DNA of 64,000 nucleotides, from positions 682,001 to 746,000 of the forward strand of contig NIVC01000093.1 of NCBI GenBank assembly GCA_002269645.1. Direction: 5' to 3'. The number at the start of each line of letters is the position of its first letter. Within the stretch, counting starts at the first letter, position 1. The notes beneath the pieces were generated by a model that saw nothing but the letters and a program-made list of their open reading frames with translations, searched no databases and was not told the DNA's origin. Shown here one piece after another: positions 13,336 to 25,464 of this stretch. This DNA comes from Macrostomum lignano (taxonomy: Eukaryota). Both the position numbers and the translations under genes were made by a program.

Positions 13336-14996
13336 AGAGCTGAGAAAGGACACAAACCATAAGCAGGCCAGATTGCCATTGTGAAGTTTTAAAGGACCAG
13401 AGGGCTGGATAGAGAGGCTTCGAGGGCTGCATATAGCCTGCAGGCCAGATTTTACTGACCCATTTTATTCTTCTGTCTCTCTCTTTGATGATGTCTCCAT
13501 TCATCTTTGTTTCTAATCAATTAAATAAGTCGAGGTTTGCTATTTTTCTCTCAATCTTTAACCCTCAACATGGATATTTATTTCTAATTCCAGATTAGTT
13601 TCCTTGTTGGATTGGGATATTTGAATCTAGACTTGATGTTGGTTAGACATTGGATAGAGGGTGGAGTAGGAGTAGAAGAGCAGTGGGAGCAGAAGCAAAG
13701 GGAGGGAAGATGCAGCAATGGCAGAGCTTCATTCTCACTAAATGCCAACATATATATGATTTCTGCATTTCATTGGTGTTTGCTTTATGCAAGGGGATCC
13801 TTACTATAGCATAAGCATGTGCTATATTTTCCAAATAGAAAAACTTTATTGAAATTAGCATTAGACTAAAAAATAGCACTGGATTTGGATGCTTAAATTA
13901 AGACCATTCTATGACCTATGACTTTAGTATCATTAGTTCTATGACTTTAGTAACTTTAGTAACTTTAGTTCTATGACTTTAGTATCGATATGTATATCTA
14001 TTTTAATATTTCACATTGGCAAAAAATGAGAATTGTTTAATAGAGATCTATACTATATACATGCATTATCATATTTGTTTAAGCATAGTTTAAGAGTTAA
14101 GGCTAGGCCAATACCTATTTGACAGCCTAGGTATCTATTTATCTAGACTAGACTTTAGTGAAGGTCTTGTGGCTTTTCATGAAAAATAATTATTATTTAT
14201 AGTCATAGGTCTAACTTCGTTATAACCCTATAAAAAGTTTAAAACAAAAATAGTGCTAAATAAGGTTCATAGTTTGGAAAGTCTATATCTTAGAAAAAAT
14301 GACCAATTTCTTGGTATAAGCCTAAACCAATGTATGCCTAATAGAACCTTATGCAAAGCTTTAAATTGTCATTATTAATTTTATATAATAGTACTACTAG
14401 ACTAGGCCTAGTGATTTTAATATTTAATTTCAATTAGATAAAGTTAAAAACTAAAAATAATATTTATATTTGCATAAAATTAAATTTTTACATATAAAGT
14501 CATTAAAGAAAAAAAACTAAATTAGTATATATTTATTAAAATTTCAAATCATTATCTTATTAAAAACATAGAAATCAATTTTGTATTAAATAGTTATCAA
14601 ATTTTACAATTATAATGCATGGACAACTATTGAATACAATTGATAATGTAATTTATTTTATTTTCGGTGCATGCTATACACCAAAATACTAAATGTGTAG
14701 TCCTATTATACCAAAAGCCCTAAGCATAAAAATCACTTTTTGTATACCAATGTATAGTTGTATATGTCAAATTTCCTAAATGTAGGGCTTACTCAGAAAT
14801 TTCTAGCATATATGCTTTCTTTTGGACTATGAAAGACTTAAGCAAGGCTTAAATCTTTTATAAGTCAAGGCCCTAGTAAACTATTTAGGCCTACTTTACT
14901 AGGCCTAGCCTAGATAGGGCCTAGTCAAATATATTTGAATATACACAAAACTGTCAAAACATGATATATGATTATGAATATAGGCCTAAATTATAG

Positions 14997-15694
14997 GGAC
15001 TAGGCCTAGTCATTTTGGTGACAAGATGTTTTGATGATAGTCATTTTGGTGACAAGCAAAAGTCATTCTAGTGACAAAAAATACTTTTTGGTGATATAGC
15101 CATTTTGTTTTCAATAGAAAATTACCTTGAAAATCTTAAGGGATATTGAACCATATCTTTTAAACAATTTTCTGGAAATTTCTGCAATGGTTAGGCAATT
15201 GCTTTGTTTAATTTTGTTTATTTACACTTAAAGAGTTGCAATCTTTTGAATTTATATATTTTCTAATCCAATTCCAATGTGACCAAATGTGTCTAGGCCT
15301 AGGCCTAGTGAATAAATAGGCCATCAATGCTTTTCTCGTAGTCGGAATTTCATAAAGATTCTCTATAGGTTTATGTGTCTGAATATTTTGGGACAATTCA
15401 AAATAATCTGTACAAAAAGTTAACCTTATAATTAATTAGTTTGATTTATGAACTTTTCTTACATACAATATTTAATGGGAATTTTCAAATTTGAATGAAA
15501 TATAAATCTTAACAAAAAAGCTACAAGCTGATATTCTGAAGCACCTCCTGTTACTAAACTGACAATATTCATAAATTCTTTATTTTTTTAAAAATGAAAT
15601 AAGTTGATAACAAAAGCAACTTGTCAACAAAACAACTATTTGTCACCAAAATGTCTGTCACTGAAATGACTTGTCACCAAAACAACTGGTACCC
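14997..15694. mobile_element. Non-autonomous DNA element (Merlin-like MITE) with subterminal ttttggtgacaag repeats
   Basis: Inverted subterminal repeats; flanking direct repeat aattatag (14989-14996, 15695-15702); GG termini. Confidence 0.5.
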
Positions 15695-16099
15695 AATTAT
15701 AGTATAGCCCATGGGTCAGTTTAGATTTGTTTTTATCAATAAATAAAATGACAATTTAGACAATTTAGACAAGTTTTCTAACTTACTTATTATCTTATCA
15801 GTTGACCAATTTTCAAAATAAAAATATGGTGTCTTAATATAGTTATCTTAGTTAGATAGGCCCTAGGGCCTAAGTCTAAGACTCAGTACAGTACAGATAC
15901 AGACCATGCATCATGTGATAAAAAAAACTAAAATGATATAATATAGCGAATTCTAAATAATAAATAGGCATACATAGCCATATTAAAATTTCACTGTTAA
16001 GAACGGTGCGCCTTAAGAACTGGGTGGGCAGGGCTGCAGGGTACATGCCTGTTACCAAGTTACCAAGACTGTCACCAAGGGAGGGCACTACGCTACTCA

Positions 16100-17140
16100 A
16101 GTATCGGAAAACTTGCAGAGGTGGGGGTGGAGAAAGAAAAATAAATGGTGATTTGGGAATTTGAAAATTAGGGTTTCCTCGAAACCGGTTAGCGTTGCGT
16201 TCGCACGAATGAAGCCGTAAAATCGCGCAGACGAATCACAACGAATTTCTTCTCCTTTTACTCCGACAGCCGGGTTCTCAAGTCCGGGGGGAGGGTAGTC
16301 GTAATTGTAGCGGAGCGGTCGTAGAGCGGCACGGTCGTTCAGATATAGAAACACCGGAGATTGCTGACGTAGATTAATGTGTCGATGAGTTGAACTTGTT
16401 ACTTTCAGTAGGGTAAGTTGCTGCCACCACCGTAATTCTCGTATTACGGAACGTTAATGGTCTCAGAGCTTTCTTTGAGGTGAGACTTCGGTTATTTTAC
16501 GCCCCACGGGCAAATGATTCAAGATAGGCTATGGCTTAAGTCAACGGAATAAATATATTAAAGGTAAATTGTCGTTATTTATTATTATTATGAGCAAATT
16601 ATTTTAGCTCGCGCAGGTTATTTATTGATTATAGTAGATTACTAAGAACGAATGAATTCACGGGCGCCGGGGCGCAAGACAAACTAATAAGATCGAGCTA
16701 ACTATGTAACTGCAAGGGCAAAAGTGAACAGAAAGGGAGAAGAGGGAGAGCGAGAGAGAGCGAGAGCGAGAGCGGAAGCGCATGCAGACATAAAGCTGAG
16801 CGCGACTTATTTATAGCAAAACTTATAATAAACTCCCAGGTGTGGGGGCTGAGCTCGCCAACACCGGGGCCACGCAATGGTTATTGAAACAAAATTTCAC
16901 AGGAATGCACATAAAATTGGTTAGAAAACAACAGATGAAATTACGTTAACCAGACATGGGAAAACAAACTTCAACCGAAGGTCCAAACTCGGGGCCAACA
17001 GAGGGAGGGGGCCTGAGGTCATAGATAGACTACCGTTGGCCACACGGGTTGGAATTCACGAAAGAAAAACATTATTGGCACGCAATTAAATAGTAATTAT
17101 TAAAGAATAAAAATGAAGCTTCCGTGGCAACCCCACTGCC
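16100..17140 (-). mobile_element. Probable LTR retrotransposon remnant (5' LTR, PBS and start of the internal region)
   Basis: Minus-strand TATA-like ctataaataag and AATAAA, followed by TGGTGGCAGC (16429-16420), complementary to a tRNA-Leu 3' end; termini are not canonical TG..CA. Confidence 0.4.
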
Positions 17141-18070
17141 ACGAACTCATTGGGAAACTACGTTTCTTGGAAAAAATACGAGGTTTTGCCAAAAAATTGC
17201 GAAAAACGGTTTTGTCAAAAAATTTGCCAATGAATGGAAGTTTTCGTCTTTTCACTCTTTCAGCACAAAAACTGTAATTGCATTTGATAAAAGGCATAGC
17301 TAGTGTTTATCTTTTGATGTGTCTTGCTTTTGTTGTAGAATACATAATTTACAAGTATAGATCTACTTATATTCATTGGCTTTATACTGCATGCAACTCT
17401 ACTTTTATCATTTTAGCTGAACTGTTTAATGAAATGTGTAACAGCTTGATAAACTGTATATTTAAATAGATAATTAAAACTTGATCAAACCTTCCTAAAC
17501 CTTCACATGTAGCCTTGGCCTCTTTGTCAGAGGGGGATCGGAAGACCACGTGCACCCCCGCCGTCTGCTTGTCCAAAAGCAGCTATATAGCAGTTTGCCT
17601 TTAGAAAGCAGATCGAAGTTCGACCTCAGATGCAACCTAGGAGCCCTGCTGGAAGCAGCTGGAGGCCTAGGCTGCACTGCTAACCCTCGGATGGAATATC
17701 CTGTCCATGCACACTCTGCCCTCCGCTTAAATTCCGAAAAACTGCATTTCACCGCACGTTAAGAATTGAAGCAAGGGACTAGTATAGAAACCTCTGTAAA
17801 ATCTACTGCTTTCCTGACAGGTCTCAAATCAACTCTATAGCTATACGTATTACATCTGTTTTGGAGGGAGGAAGCTGCAGTACACGCATCCTATCTCCCA
17901 ACAGCACACCGCCGGCGGCACCTACTCTCCGTCATCTGTTCCTGCCACCAGCTCCTGTGCCGTGCCGTGAGCTGTGTACAATGAGCGAGTCTGGGGGAAG
18001 AAGATCACTGGATCACCATGATCAGGACAGGCTCACCTACTTACATGCTTGGGCGCAACCTTGGGATTCA

Positions 18071-18191
18071 CCCGGCCGTTTCTATTGGCAACACACGCAT
18101 GTAAGTCGCTATTGGCTGAGAGCAGTCACGTGACTACTGTTCTGTCCAATAGCGACTTACATGCGTGTGTTGCCAATAGAAACGGGCCGGG
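18071..18191. repeat. Near-perfect 121-bp palindrome (~45-bp arms) with a central AGTCACGTGACT
   Basis: Arms ccgtttctattggcaacacacgcatgtaagtcgctattgg / ccaatagcgacttacatgcgtgtgttgccaatagaaacgg are perfectly complementary over 40 bp. Confidence 0.93.
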
Positions 18192-18850
18192 CGGCTACTT
18201 AGGCCCAAACGGCCGGCCAGATCTCTCCAGATCCTACGTTTTCAGGCTCGAGAATCTCAGCTGCCAGCTTGACTACCAGTACAAAAAATTATCCATACAT
18301 GCACCTCTTGGACTCCTTCTGGACCACCGCGGATCTCCATGCGTGACACCGTAGCACCATATGCAGCTGCAGCTGCAAACTGACTGAAAAACGTCATCTT
18401 CGGTGAGCCAGCGTTCCCCCTGATGACTAAGTTGGCACAAACTGTCATATGACCTTCTTCCATGCCAATGCCGATCCAGAACGTGCTGTATAGGGAAGTC
18501 AAGCGACATAGATGATAATTCAAAGCGAAATTCAATGGCTGACACTACTCACTCGTTTTGCTCATCTTCGAGTTTCCTTTGCTCTACTAACTCATCAGCA
18601 ACAAGCTGTGCATTTGATGTTAGCATCAGTCAGAACCTGATTAATCTCGCAATCGAAGCATGAGCTACGCCCGTAAGTATAGCTCGTATTTCGCCTACCA
18701 AGCAGAAAAAAAAAGTGAAAGGCTAACGAAAAGGCTCAGGATCGCTGCTGCAGAGCTGACACTGTCACTAGCTGACACTGACAGTACCACAATAAATTGA
18801 TGTGATCGTGTCTCTGGTAGTTTATAATTTTCAACTTAGGGGTTAGGTAA

Positions 18851-19074
18851 AGTGACAAAGACGAAAAGCAGAATTTTGAAATGCGTTTTTGGTCCTTGTG
18901 CGTTCAACTTTTTGGCAAGCTTCTCGAATCGTTCGTTTAATTATTTCCGGAATTATTTCGCCCTCTATTTCAAGAGTGGTGGGGGTGGGGTTGGAATTAA
19001 ACGAACGATTCGAGAAGATAGTCAACTTTTCAATATACTGAGTGGCAGCACTGATACACGCAGTCTTTGTCACT
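18851..19074. mobile_element. Small fold-back/MITE-like element
   Basis: Outer 12-bp IR agtgacaaagac/gtctttgtcact and inner 23-bp IR cttctcgaatcgttcgtttaatt; no clear TSD. Confidence 0.45.
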
Positions 19075-19879
19075 ACAGTTATTGGAGTCTTTGCTATTAC
19101 TATTGACCTATTCAACACCTATAGTAGTTGACACCTATTCAGGCTATTCTTTTCAGATATATGGAATATATCTTGTCCAAGTCCTACGTTTAGGAAAAAA
19201 ATTATTTACTCGGTGGCCAAAGTAACGCTAAATCAAGTGTTTTTTTTACGTTTTTAGCGACGAGCATGTTAAGCTACCGGAACATTCTAGTGCAAAAGAG
19301 AGAGGTAATATGCAGAAGACGTGGAGTTAGCGGGTCTATACCGCATCATCATTGTCTTGTCTCGGCAAAAATAGCTCGTACTTACACTCGTATCAGCTGG
19401 CTCATGGTTTCTCAAAATGTGAAAACGGAATGCATCTCAATCAAAGCATCAGAAGAAGGCTGTGGCTCATCACGCTTCATTCAGCGGATCGGCAGTTTTT
19501 GATTTATCGAATTAGATTAGTGAATGGAATTAACAAACTGCTTTTCGGTTGACAATAGTAGCTTTAATTTTAGTTTTTTTTGGAGTGTGTGAAGAGCGAA
19601 ATTGTTATTGAAATACACACAGTTCAATAATCATGACGCAGATGTTTGCCATTGAAAAAGTAGCAAAAAGTTTTTTCTACTTTGCGAAAAGTATTTTTAG
19701 CCCCTATCAGTAAGCCGGATGTCCTAAAGCAAACCTCTGTCTCCGCAAGCTGACCCCTCTCTTTCAATCTACAGTCAGACGTCCTAAGACAAATTCCCCT
19801 TCTTGTGATCTCTGGGCCGGATAGCAGAGTCAGTGCCGTAGGATGCCCGGGAGAGACATCTCAAAGTATATATATAGCG

Positions 19880-20630
19880 ACGCAGAGAGTAGCACAGACA
19901 AAAAGAGACCTAGCTAGACTTTGCGTGGACGCGTTCGCAGAACAATCGAGAGGGGCAAGTCATGGCGGACTGGGGGCTGAGCCCGATGGCCTGCAAGTCA
20001 GTCAGAAACGTATCTGCATTTAGCGTCACAGTTCGGCCTTGGCCACGGCGCAGGCGCTCAGTGGGCTGATGCAGGAGAGCCAGCGCCAGAGGATTTTGCT
20101 CGCCGCGGCCGTGGCTTCTTAGGCAGTGGCCAAGTAGCATCTGACGGCGTTTACGGATAGTGCAGCTGAGCGCGGGAACACCAGCGTGAGTCATCAGGTC
20201 CCTGGTCGGCACAGTATCAGGGTAGTGCACGCCCAGGGCATAGCAGAGCAGCGACCTGTAGTGAGCATCCAGGGCTTGCTGTCGCGTCGCAGTCATTGGC
20301 ACAGCCTCCATGCCATATAGGAGAATCGGCTCAATGGCAGTGCGGAAAAGGCGCATCTTTAGGTCGTCGCGAGCGGTTGAATTGAAGATGCTCCTGAGCA
20401 TGCGTGCCGCACGCCAGGCCTGAGTCCTCCTGTCAGAGACAATGGTGTCGGGGCTCAAGACAAGAGAGCCGAGGTAGCGGAAGTCTTCGCACACCTTGAC
20501 GACTTCTCCATTTGGAAGAGCTAGCGCAGGGGTAGTTGCAGTGCCCACGTGGAGCACCTCAGTCTTGGATGCGTTGATCACCAAGCCAACTCGGGTGCCC
20601 TCTTCGTAGAGTCTAGACAGCCCGTTGGGC
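19880..20630 (-). mobile_element. 5'-truncated non-LTR retrotransposon (RTE-like RT C-terminus)
   Basis: GLVINASKTEVL, FRYLGS, IEPILLYGMEA, RRQMLLGHCLR, RRGQGRTVT motifs in the 253-aa ORF. Confidence 0.88.
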
Positions 20631-21084
20631 AGCAGCCGGATTGCGACACAGAAGGGCAATGTCGTCAGCATGGGCGAAAGCAGGCAGCGAGACGGCGGGA
20701 TGTCGGGATCTCAAAGTGCCCGGAAAATGCAAAGCAGCTCAAGATATCCGGGAAATAGAAAACAAAGCAGGTTTTTTGCTTGGCAGTATCCGCGGGCGGA
20801 TATCGTAAGTGCCAGACAAAAAAACCCCGGATAGTCTAAAAGTGTAGCACCGGCTTCGCTGTAGACATCGCCTTCAACTTCCCGGCGCACTGCAGTTCAT
20901 TTTAGCATTCTTTCGGTGCACACCCAAAGTAAAGGAATTCCATAAGTTTAAATTTCGATAGATTAAATTCACTCTCTTTTTTCAATAAAAATTAACTTAG
21001 ACAGGCTGGAGGCTCCTAAATCAAGTTTTCGACGATCACAGAGAAGTCTATAGTAAAACAAATTCTCGAAGCAAAAAAGCAACC

Positions 21085-22326
21085 ATGCTGTTCTCAACTC
21101 TCGCTCTGATCCTTCTAGCTGCCGTCTCAAGTGTCGTTGGAGGTAAGAATCTGTATTCTTAATGAGTATGGATTTGATTTTATGTATTTTCGTAAAAAAT
21201 ATAATGCCTTAGAATTATGACTAGCGATTTAAGCCCCCCCTCCACCGTTAGGGTGGCAACGGAGAAATTGAAATTAAGCATCAAAGTCTCCCTTCCAGCC
21301 ATATGGCTTAACTCAAACTCTCCCTTTGATCTACCTTTGGGTTTGTTGGCCAATCAAAAACATCCAATTGACCTTGGCATCTCAGCAACCAACCCCCCAT
21401 GAGCAACAGCATTCAGCAATGCCCCCATGCATTTGTAAAGCAGGTTTTCATACCTACTTCAATAAGATGCATCTTAATTTCGTCTTTATAATTCAGACCA
21501 AGTGGCATTTTGATCGCTCGCTGATTGACTTGTCCTGTAGTTGTGTCTGTTGTGCCCCTGTGCGGCAAACTTGATCTCTCTCGTACTGACCCCATTTTAA
21601 TCTTCCCCAAACATTTCCGGGAGCGCCTCACGTTTGCTTCATCAGCTGTCAAAAATACACCGAGTCGCACTTCTGGCGTTCTTTCAGCGCCTTCAAAAGG
21701 ATGCTATTTTTTGGAAAAGTTATGAGCGCTTGTTGAGCCATGAATTGACGTACAATTTCAAAATGATGAACCAGGAAACGTGTGCCAGAGCGTGCATGGA
21801 TTGGCGATACAAATATTTTGGTCTAGCAAACGGCGACCGATGCTACTGTGGCAATGAAATAAGTAAAGCTTTAAAATTCGACAAAAAACTTTGCAATCAG
21901 CAATGCAAGAATGCCGATTGGGGGCAAAAGTGCGGCGGCCTCATTGCAATGGAAATATTTGATTTGATTGTTAAGGTGCCGGAAACCCGGCAGACCTCTG
22001 CCGTTTTTTCAGCGCCGTCAAAAGGATGCTATTTTTGGCGAAGTGATGAGATCTTGCTGGAATATAAATCCACGAACAATTTCACAATGATGAATCAGGA
22101 AACGTGTGCCAGAGCGTTCATGAAGTGGTCATACAAATATTTTGGTCTAGCAAACGGCGACCGATGCTTCTGTGGCAATGAAATACTCTTACCTGAAGAT
22201 ATGAAATTAGATAAAACATATTGCAATCAGCAATGCAAGAATGCCGATTGGGGGCAAAAGTGCGGCGGCCACTTTACAATGGAAATATTTGATTTGATTG
22301 TTAAGATGCCGGAAACCCAGGCCTGA
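21085..22326 (+). CDS. Secreted WSC-domain protein 1: signal-peptide exon 21085-21142 plus tandem WSC exon(s) (acceptors before 21688 and 22013); +1 T frameshift in the first WSC copy (~21707-21712)
   Basis: MLFSTLALILLAAVSSVVG|gtaag; two GCYFW...NQETCARAC...YKYFGLANGDRCYCGNE...CNQQC...QKCGG domains. Confidence 0.85.
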
Positions 22327-22677
22327 TCTGATCTGCACTGAACCGTATAGCAACTGACTATTCATACATGCATAGGACTTGACCCAAAATGCTAATCCCA
22401 TATCTAACAGCAAAATACAAAAGTTCAACCGTTATAAATAGTACTCAGTGAAATCATTTGAGATATGCATAAAAATTGCTGTATGTGTGCCAGGATAAAC
22501 CTTGACATTTCAAAAAATTTTCCACCACGAGCAATAGTATTTCAGCAATTCATCTGAGTCTTGTCATCTCAGAAATTCTACATGACTCTTGGTTTTAGCA
22601 ATTCCCCCGTGAGCCTTTAAATCTTTGCAATTTCCCCAAGAGTTTTTGTAGTTGACAGGGCGATTCCTCCATGGATG

Positions 22678-22726
22678 AACCCTAACCATAACCCTAACCC
22701 TAACGCTACATCCTAACCCTTACCCT
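22678..22726. repeat. Short degenerate (CCCTAA)n telomere-like patch
   Basis: aaccctaaccataaccctaaccctaacgctacatcctaacccttaccct. Confidence 0.6.
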
Positions 22727-23149
22727 GATGAGAGTCACAAAATTTCAGCAATTCCCCAATGAGCCTTGACATCCTCTCTCTGGATCCTGGCTCCGGTGCT
22801 GGCTCCTCCCTCAGCAGGACCTTTGGATCCAGGGATCCAAAGCTGGAGGCGCTGTCCAAACCAATCAGCCGAAGCGCACCTACGCGGTTATGACCAAGAG
22901 GCAGCCGGCCCTGATCATGGCGCAGGTTTGACTCCCACCTGGTCAAGATGGCCCTGAGCGGTACAGTGCTTCAACACCTGAAGACGAACGTCTAGGACCA
23001 GGCCGTCCACATACAGCCCGCTGACAGCCCGCTGACAGCCAGCAGTCTGGGCAGCAGCTCCTCCAGATGCTGAAGCCTTCGACTGGGGTGCGGAGTTGGG
23101 TAACCGGTTTATCTACAGAGAGGACAAGCGAGCAATTCAGACCTGCCCG

Positions 23150-23645
23150 TAAATGGCGTTGTGGCTCACGAGACCATCTCCAAGCCGGGCGGAGACGGTC
23201 TCACGGCCATCCTCGGACTGTCGGATAGCTGGATGCTTCGCTATCCGGACATGTCCCAATTATCTCTGCCCATCCTCCGTCCACCGCACCCTGAGAAGCG
23301 TAAGCGAGAAAGCGTGACAGCTCGTGACAAGCATCCGGCGCTTGGATCCCTCCATGGCAAGGCAAAGTGTCTCCAACGGAAAGCTCGCAAGAGCAAGGAC
23401 CTGACTGACCTGGTCGCCTATCAAGACGTGATTTGCGACTTTTAAAGCGACTATGAGGAAAAACAAGTCTGAAAGGTGGCGCCAATACTGCCCGGAGTTA
23501 GATACGTCACGCGTTGGTCAAGGCAAAATGTCAAAGCCCTTATTCATTATAAGACAGGAGGGCCAGCTGGCTGACAACCCCGAGGAATCGCTGGACATCA
23601 TGCTTACCAGCTCATGCCCACGTGCCGCACCGCAGCAAAGCTGAA
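23150..23645 (+). mobile_element. Degenerate non-LTR ORF2 fragment (endonuclease-RT linker, R1/LOA-like)
   Basis: Frameshifted KARKSKDLTDLVAYQDVICDFKATMRKNKSERWRQYC...LADNPEESLDIML resembles the R1/LOA linker. Confidence 0.5.
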
Positions 23646-24076
23646 GGCTCGAGGGATTTAATCCCCGCTTTGGCCCGGCCAGCTGCCTATCTCCGCTGTG
23701 TATTTTCATTTCTTGGACTCCAAGAAATAATTGTCTATGGCTAAAAAACATTCTTTCAAATGAGTTGAAACTCCCATCAGGCGTTTCTTGGAGGTCAAGA
23801 AATAATTGTCTATGGTAGAAACACAAAGATGCTGTTGTAATTTTGAAACAAGATCAGTTTCACAACACTGAATAGCAACAAATAGGGATCGAAAGTGAAA
23901 AATCTAACTCTCAACTCTTACGGAGGCTCTGATTCGAGTAGCGTCCAGTGTCAGAGGGAGCAACCATGGCCACGGCGTCCTTGACGACGGTTGCCAATGA
24001 ATGACGTCCAATTGAAGAGCGGCTTCAATAGGTCCAGCGTTATCCCCGGGCTTCAACAACGACAGCAGCAGAGATG

Positions 24077-24431
24077 CATGGATGAATGAATAGAATGGAT
24101 TGCTATTCTGGCTCTGGCTATTTTCGTTTTTGACTCTTTTGCATCCGGTTCCCCCCGTGCCTTTTCATTGGTTGATGATTGCCATAGACAATTTTCGGCC
24201 TTCGCCCCTTTCAAAGAACTGAGAATTTCAACAAAGTTCAATTTCAACACAAGTAACTTCTATTTACTAACAAGAAAGCGCTTGTGCATCGAAAGAAAGG
24301 GGCAAAGGCCGAAAATTGTCTATGGCAATCATCAACCAATGAAAAGGCACGGGGGGGAACTGGATGCAAAAGAGTCAAAAACGAAAATAGCCAGAGCCAG
24401 AATAGCAATCCATTCTATTCATTCATCCATG
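24077..24431. mobile_element. hAT-like MITE, 355 bp, ~137-bp near-perfect TIRs, 8-bp TSD cagagatg
   Basis: TIR CATGGATG...CATCCATG; TSD at 24069-24076 and 24432-24439. Confidence 0.88.
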
Positions 24432-25464
24432 CAGAGATGTCACTCATATTCGGTACCAAGCTACACACAACTGAAGCTTTTCTGATCTTACACAGAATAT
24501 TCGGCTTTATAGAGCTTTATAGCCAATAGTCTATGGCCGAGGCTTAGTCTCATTTCCTCCCGCTGGCTGCGGCAATTAAATAGTATAATCCCCACTTAAT
24601 TTCGTTGTCTATGGCCTAGAACGACTTCAGACTGCGCTTCTAGGCCTTGGCTTCGCTAGGTTCCTAGGTTCCGTTCCTAGGCCAAAGAAACAAAATCAAG
24701 TGGGGATTATCTTATACTTAAGTGGAATACCGATCCCGAAAAACACATAGAATATCTTATTTAAACTACTTTAATTTGCGGGATGTATTCAGATAAATCC
24801 CGGAGCCATACTTGTATGTCTATGGTTGAAGTTAGGGATGGGGATGTGGGGGCGAAGCCCCTGCTGGGGGTGTGGGGACGAAGCCCCCACATTCTTACCA
24901 TAGACAAAATTTCATTAAGAAATTTCTTGAGTCACGAAGGAAGAGAAGAGAGAAGCTCGTTTATTTAGATACATACTCACTTTTTTTCTCTAACCTTTAT
25001 GTACATAACACTGGCCTGTTCACACGCGCTCCTTCGAATAAACTTTTTCTTGACCACATCATGGAGCTGAGATCCGCAGCTTTCATTTGAATCAAGTTAC
25101 AATTGAAACGGACTGAAATTATGTCCGCTAGAAGACATCGTAGCAAGGGTTCCGGAACTTTTGACTGGATTGATTTTGTCTATGGTTAAACTTATAGTCT
25201 ACTTGTAAATGGATTAAAATAGAATCAATTATATGAATGTTTACAATACTCGAAGATCGCTTCTGTTGGTCTATGGTTCGATCGCCATGAATTTTGCATG
25301 CTGCGCACACGTTGTTGACTATGCATGCCTAGCTTAATACAATAAAAATATCACTTATATAATCTGTGATCCCTAAGTAAAAAATTCGATTAAGTGTGGC
25401 TTATACGAAAGCTGTGAGAAAAACAACAGAACCAGTGTTTTTAATTTGTTTTAATAACCGCGGT

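Noticed and set aside
16097-16354. 85-aa minus-strand ORF
   Set aside because: No recognisable motif; probably TE leader sequence.
16458-16469. tggtctcagagc resembling a tRNA-iMet PBS on the plus strand
   Set aside because: It has a mismatch and no LTR-ending CA upstream; the minus-strand Leu PBS fits the promoter/polyA orientation better.
17495-18545. Several short ORFs around the palindrome (faint KDZ/Zisupton-like pattern)
   Set aside because: Multiple stops in all frames; similarity too weak to call without a profile search.
19266-19552. Possible degenerate fourth WSC gene (EEGCGSSRFI)
   Set aside because: Most conserved Cys are missing; no signal exon or splice sites found.
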